DNA of 64,000 nucleotides from Candidatus Neptunichlamydia sp. (GTDB lineage Bacteria; Chlamydiota; Chlamydiia; Chlamydiales; Simkaniaceae): NCBI GenBank assembly GCA_965233865.1, contig OZ247587.1, positions 384,001 to 448,000 of the forward strand, read 5' to 3'. Shown piece by piece: positions 60,490 to 64,000 of this stretch (position 1 is its first letter; each line of letters starts with the position of its first letter). The notes under the pieces were generated by a model. It saw only the letters and a program-made list of their open reading frames with translations, ran no database searches and was not told where the DNA came from. The position numbers and the translations under genes were made by a program.

Positions 60490-61355
60490 GATAGTGTAAA
60501 CACAAGTTTAAATTTGTGCTAAGCTGGTTTCTTAAACTTTCAAGGAGAGGTTTAGAGATGACCGTACCAGCGCACAGACGTCACGATATGTCAGGTCGAA
60601 TTTGGAAAAAACTTGAGCCTTATCTTCCAAAAAGAAGAGGGGTGTGGGGAGGGGTAGCACAAGATAATCGGCGATTTATCAACGCGGTTTTTTGGATTAT
60701 TCGTACCGGAGCTCCATGGCGTGACTTACCTCCAGACTATGGGAACTGGGGAAATGTGCATCGTCGTTTTATCCGTTGGAGGAATAAAGGTGTCTGGGAA
60801 CTTCTTCTGGAAAAAATAGTGGACGATCCTGATTACGAGTGGTTAATGATCGATGCAACCCATATCAAAGTTCACCCTCACGCAGCAGGTGCACAAGGTG
60901 GTAATCAAGATATGGCTCGGACAAAAGGGGGCTCAATACGAAATTACATTTGGCCGTGACGAAATTACATTTGGCCGTGGATTCGCATGGTATGCCGGTC
61001 AGAGCGATTATTACGTCAGGTACTCAATCAGACTACCTTTAGGCCAAACACCTAATAGAGGGAATTAACGCCGATTACCTACTAGCAGATCGGGGTTATG
61101 ACAGCGATGCAATCGCAACTCAAGCGATCTCTCAAGGAATGAAGGCGGTTATCCCTCCCAGAAAAAATAGGAAAAGCAAGAGAGCTTATGATAAGCATCT
61201 CTATAAATTGAGACATCTTGTAGAAAATGCTTTTTTACATTTGAAGCGATGGAGAGGAATTGCTACACACTATGCTAAGCACGCATCCTCTTTCTTGGCT
61301 GCGGTTCAGATCAGATGTTTGGCTTTATGGGTAGAAATCTCGTGACTACACTATC
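60490..61355 (+). mobile_element. IS5-family element type 1, copy 3 (inactivated); right border of the island
   Basis: IRs with TA flanks; 866 bp = 845 + a 21-bp internal duplication; CAG>TAG stop in orfB. Confidence 0.93.
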
Positions 61356-61452
61356 TAGGGCGTGGCTAAACAACCTGAGTTTTGAGATAATATTTTTCTT
61401 TTCTCTCTAAGATTGGTTTCAAATATTTCACTTGGACTTGATTTAAAATAAG

Positions 61453-62916
61453 TTAAGAGATTTTTTTAATAATTAGTTCTTTAACAACATTTGGGGATGC
61501 CTTACCTTTAGAGAGTTTCATCACCTGCCCTACTAAGAAGTTAAAGGCTTTATCCTTCCCATTCCTAAAATCTTCTATAGATTGCTGATTAGCACCGAGG
61601 ATCTCATCGACGAAGGGCTCGATGGCGGAGGTATCATGAACCGCCTGGAAATTGGGGTTTTCATTGATAATGATCTCGGGGTCTCTTCCTGGGTTCTTGG
61701 CCATGATATCTGCAACTTCCTTGGCGATACGCCCCGTGATCTTCTTTGAATCGATAAAGGAGACAAGAGCTGCGATATGCTCTGAAAGAACACCGGACTT
61801 GTAAAGGGGAGTGCCTTTATCTTTAAAGCGACCGACAAATTCTACAGTTACCCAGTTGCAAAGAGCGTTTGTATTTTTGCATTTTTTGAGAGCTTCTTCA
61901 TAATAGTCAGAAAGTTGCTTATCGTTGACCAAAATAGAAGCGTTGTATTCTGTTAACTTGAGGTCGTTGATATAACGCTCAAATCTTTGATGGGGGAGCT
62001 CAGGAAGATCGTGTTTTACCTTTTCGATATACTCCTTTGTCAAGATAATGGGAGGTAGGTCGGGCTCAGGGAAGTAGCGGTAGTCTCTCGCTGCTTCTTT
62101 AGAGCGCATAAGGACCGTCTCTTTCTTATCAAGATCAAGACGTACTGTGCTACTTGGAACGACAATATTAGGGTCTTCATAAGGGCGCTCAGTATAGGCA
62201 CGAACCTGTCTATGAACCTCTGATTCAATTCCCATTTCCATATAGCTAAAGGAATTGAGGTTTTTAATTTCGACTTTGTTTCGCAATGCTTTATCTCCCT
62301 TAGGTCGAACAGAAATGTTGGTATCGATTCGCATCGATCCTTCTTCCATATTGCAGTCAGACACATCGAGATATTCCATGATTGCCTTTAGCGTTGTCGC
62401 AAATGCTATTGCATCGGCTGGGGAGGTCATACAGGGGTCAGAAACGATCTCTAAGAGAGGAACGCCCGCTCGGTTATAGTCAACTCCAGCAAAGTCTGAG
62501 AAATGCTTCAACATTCCTGCATCGTCTTCAAGATGAGCGTGGTGAATTGCAAATGTTTTTGATTTCCCCTCAACATCTGCTATGACTTCTCCCCCAATAA
62601 CAATGGGCATATCGAATTGAGTGATTTGGAAGTTTCGGGGAGAGTCGGGGTAGAAGTAGGATTTTCGATCAAACTTACTAAACTCAGCAATCTGAGCATT
62701 AACAGCGCATCCAAAACGCACTGCGAGCTCTATAGCCTCTTGATTCAGAACGGGGAGGGCACCAGGCTGCCCGGTATCAACGACTTCAATATTTGTATTG
62801 GGTTCATCACCGAATCGGTTGGGAGAGCGGGCAAATATTTTTGAACGAGTCTTTAGCTGCGCATGAATCTCAAGACCAATGACGGGCTCCCATTCTTCAT
62901 AAGAGATGTGGCTCAT
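61453..62916 (-). CDS. gatB: Asp/Glu-tRNA amidotransferase subunit B
   Basis: VIGLEIHAQL, FDRKSYFYPD and DYRYFPEPDLP motifs. Confidence 0.97.
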   Translation of the reverse strand: MSHISYEEWEPVIGLEIHAQLKTRSKIFARSPNRFGDEPNTNIEVVDTGQPGALPVLNQEAIELAVRFGCAVNAQIAEFSKFDRKSYFYPDSPRNFQITQFDMPIVIGGEVIADVEGKSKTFAIHHAHLEDDAGMLKHFSDFAGVDYNRAGVPLLEIVSDPCMTSPADAIAFATTLKAIMEYLDVSDCNMEEGSMRIDTNISVRPKGDKALRNKVEIKNLNSFSYMEMGIESEVHRQVRAYTERPYEDPNIVVPSSTVRLDLDKKETVLMRSKEAARDYRYFPEPDLPPIILTKEYIEKVKHDLPELPHQRFERYINDLKLTEYNASILVNDKQLSDYYEEALKKCKNTNALCNWVTVEFVGRFKDKGTPLYKSGVLSEHIAALVSFIDSKKITGRIAKEVADIMAKNPGRDPEIIINENPNFQAVHDTSAIEPFVDEILGANQQSIEDFRNGKDKAFNFLVGQVMKLSKGKASPNVVKELIIKKIS

Positions 62917-64000
62917 ACTGCAGACTCCTTGTCAAAAAGGGGAGGAATGAATCCCGTTAAGTTAAGCGCTTTTTCAAATTGGTAGGCAAAGTGCATGACT
63001 TTTCCGTCAGACATTTGTGGCCCTAGAAACTGTAGGCCATGGGGGAGGTCATTGCCATTTTTTCCTGAAGGAACACTAATTGCTGGCAATCCCGCTAAAT
63101 TTGCTCCAACTGTATAAAGATCTTGTAAATACATCTCTAGGGGATCACGAATTCCTGCAATTTCAAAAGCTGGCGAAGGGGTGACGGGCATTGTTATGAG
63201 GTCACAGATCTTAAAAGCTTTCTTATATTCTTGAATCATAAGTGTGCGAATTTTCTGAGCCTTTTTGTAATAGGCCTCTTGAAATCCTGAAGAGAGGACA
63301 AAAGTTCCAAGAAGGATTCTTTGCTTCACTTCAGGCCCGAAACCTTCTTCTCGAGACAGGTCATAGATTTCATCTAAGTTCCTTGCATTTTCAGAGCGCT
63401 TTCCAAAGCGAACGCCGTCGAAGCGGGCCAGGTTTGTTGAAGCTTCTGCAGTCGACAAGATATAGTAGATTGGAATCGAATACTTTAATTTAGTAAAATT
63501 GATTTCAACGAGTTTTACGCCGAGCCCTTTTAGGACATCTAACGCCTCTTCAAAGATTTTTCGGGCGCCATCAGATAGCTCATCCAAAAAGCCCCAGGGT
63601 ACACCAACTGTCTTCCCCTGAATCGAGGCTTCTAAGTGGGCAAGATAGTTTTCTGGAGTTTTTTTTACGTTCGTTGCGTCAAAATCACAAGGGCATCCCA
63701 TCACTTCCATCATTAGAGCGATATCTTTTACGGAGTTTGCAAATGGACCAATTTGATCAAGTGAAGAGCCAAAGGCAACGAGACCATAGCGGGAAACCCG
63801 CCCATAAGTGGGTTTGAACCCTACGGTTCCTGTAAATGCAGCAGGCTGGCGAATCGAGCCACCTGTATCGCTCCCGAGTGCTATCGGTACAAGTCTTCCG
63901 CTGACAGCTGCGGCAGATCCTCCTGAAGATCCTCCTGGAGCGCAGGAAAGATTCCACGGGTTTCGCGTCGTTTGATATGCTGAGTGTTCTGTTGATGAGC
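62913..64000 (-). CDS. gatA: Asp/Glu-tRNA amidotransferase subunit A (5' part outside the window)
   Basis: PGGSSGGSAAAV...GSDTGGSIRQPA amidase signature (63840-63945); NLARFDGVRFG. Confidence 0.96.
   Translation of the reverse strand, partial: SSTEHSAYQTTRNPWNLSCAPGGSSGGSAAAVSGRLVPIALGSDTGGSIRQPAAFTGTVGFKPTYGRVSRYGLVAFGSSLDQIGPFANSVKDIALMMEVMGCPCDFDATNVKKTPENYLAHLEASIQGKTVGVPWGFLDELSDGARKIFEEALDVLKGLGVKLVEINFTKLKYSIPIYYILSTAEASTNLARFDGVRFGKRSENARNLDEIYDLSREEGFGPEVKQRILLGTFVLSSGFQEAYYKKAQKIRTLMIQEYKKAFKICDLITMPVTPSPAFEIAGIRDPLEMYLQDLYTVGANLAGLPAISVPSGKNGNDLPHGLQFLGPQMSDGKVMHFAYQFEKALNLTGFIPPLFDKESAV

Overview
Chromosomal window of an environmental chlamydia (Simkaniaceae-like; judged from Pkn1, RodZ-like HTH, RNase HIII and the hemN-hypothetical-sucA-sucB gene order). 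The backbone is housekeeping: tmk tail, holB, exbBD, trmB, pgi, recN, rnhC, pkn1, ispH, hemN, sucAB-lpdA, Fe-S genes, adk, xerD, an RND efflux operon, gatBA and two tRNAs. It is interspersed with orphan effector-like genes, IS5/IS3/IS200/IS66 elements and pseudogenes. The key region is a ~13.7 kb AT-rich island (47638-61355) bounded by two directly oriented IS5 copies, which looks like a decayed integrated plasmid/prophage: split DnaB-like helicase, truncated terminase, and a parA pseudogene followed by six 11-bp-phased TGATAT repeats and a small partner gene. It carries two apparently intact cargo systems. The first is three copies of a self-promoted, translationally coupled two-gene cassette (226-aa protein + ~101-aa membrane protein). 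The copies are near-identical except for a 19-aa hydrophobic segment in the first gene and the TM segments of the second, and they show mosaic recombination. This is a candidate new polymorphic toxin-immunity (toxin-antidote) system. The second is three single-zinc RING/U-box (SP-RING-like) E3-ligase effector paralogs. All product calls come from motif recognition by eye; no database search was run.
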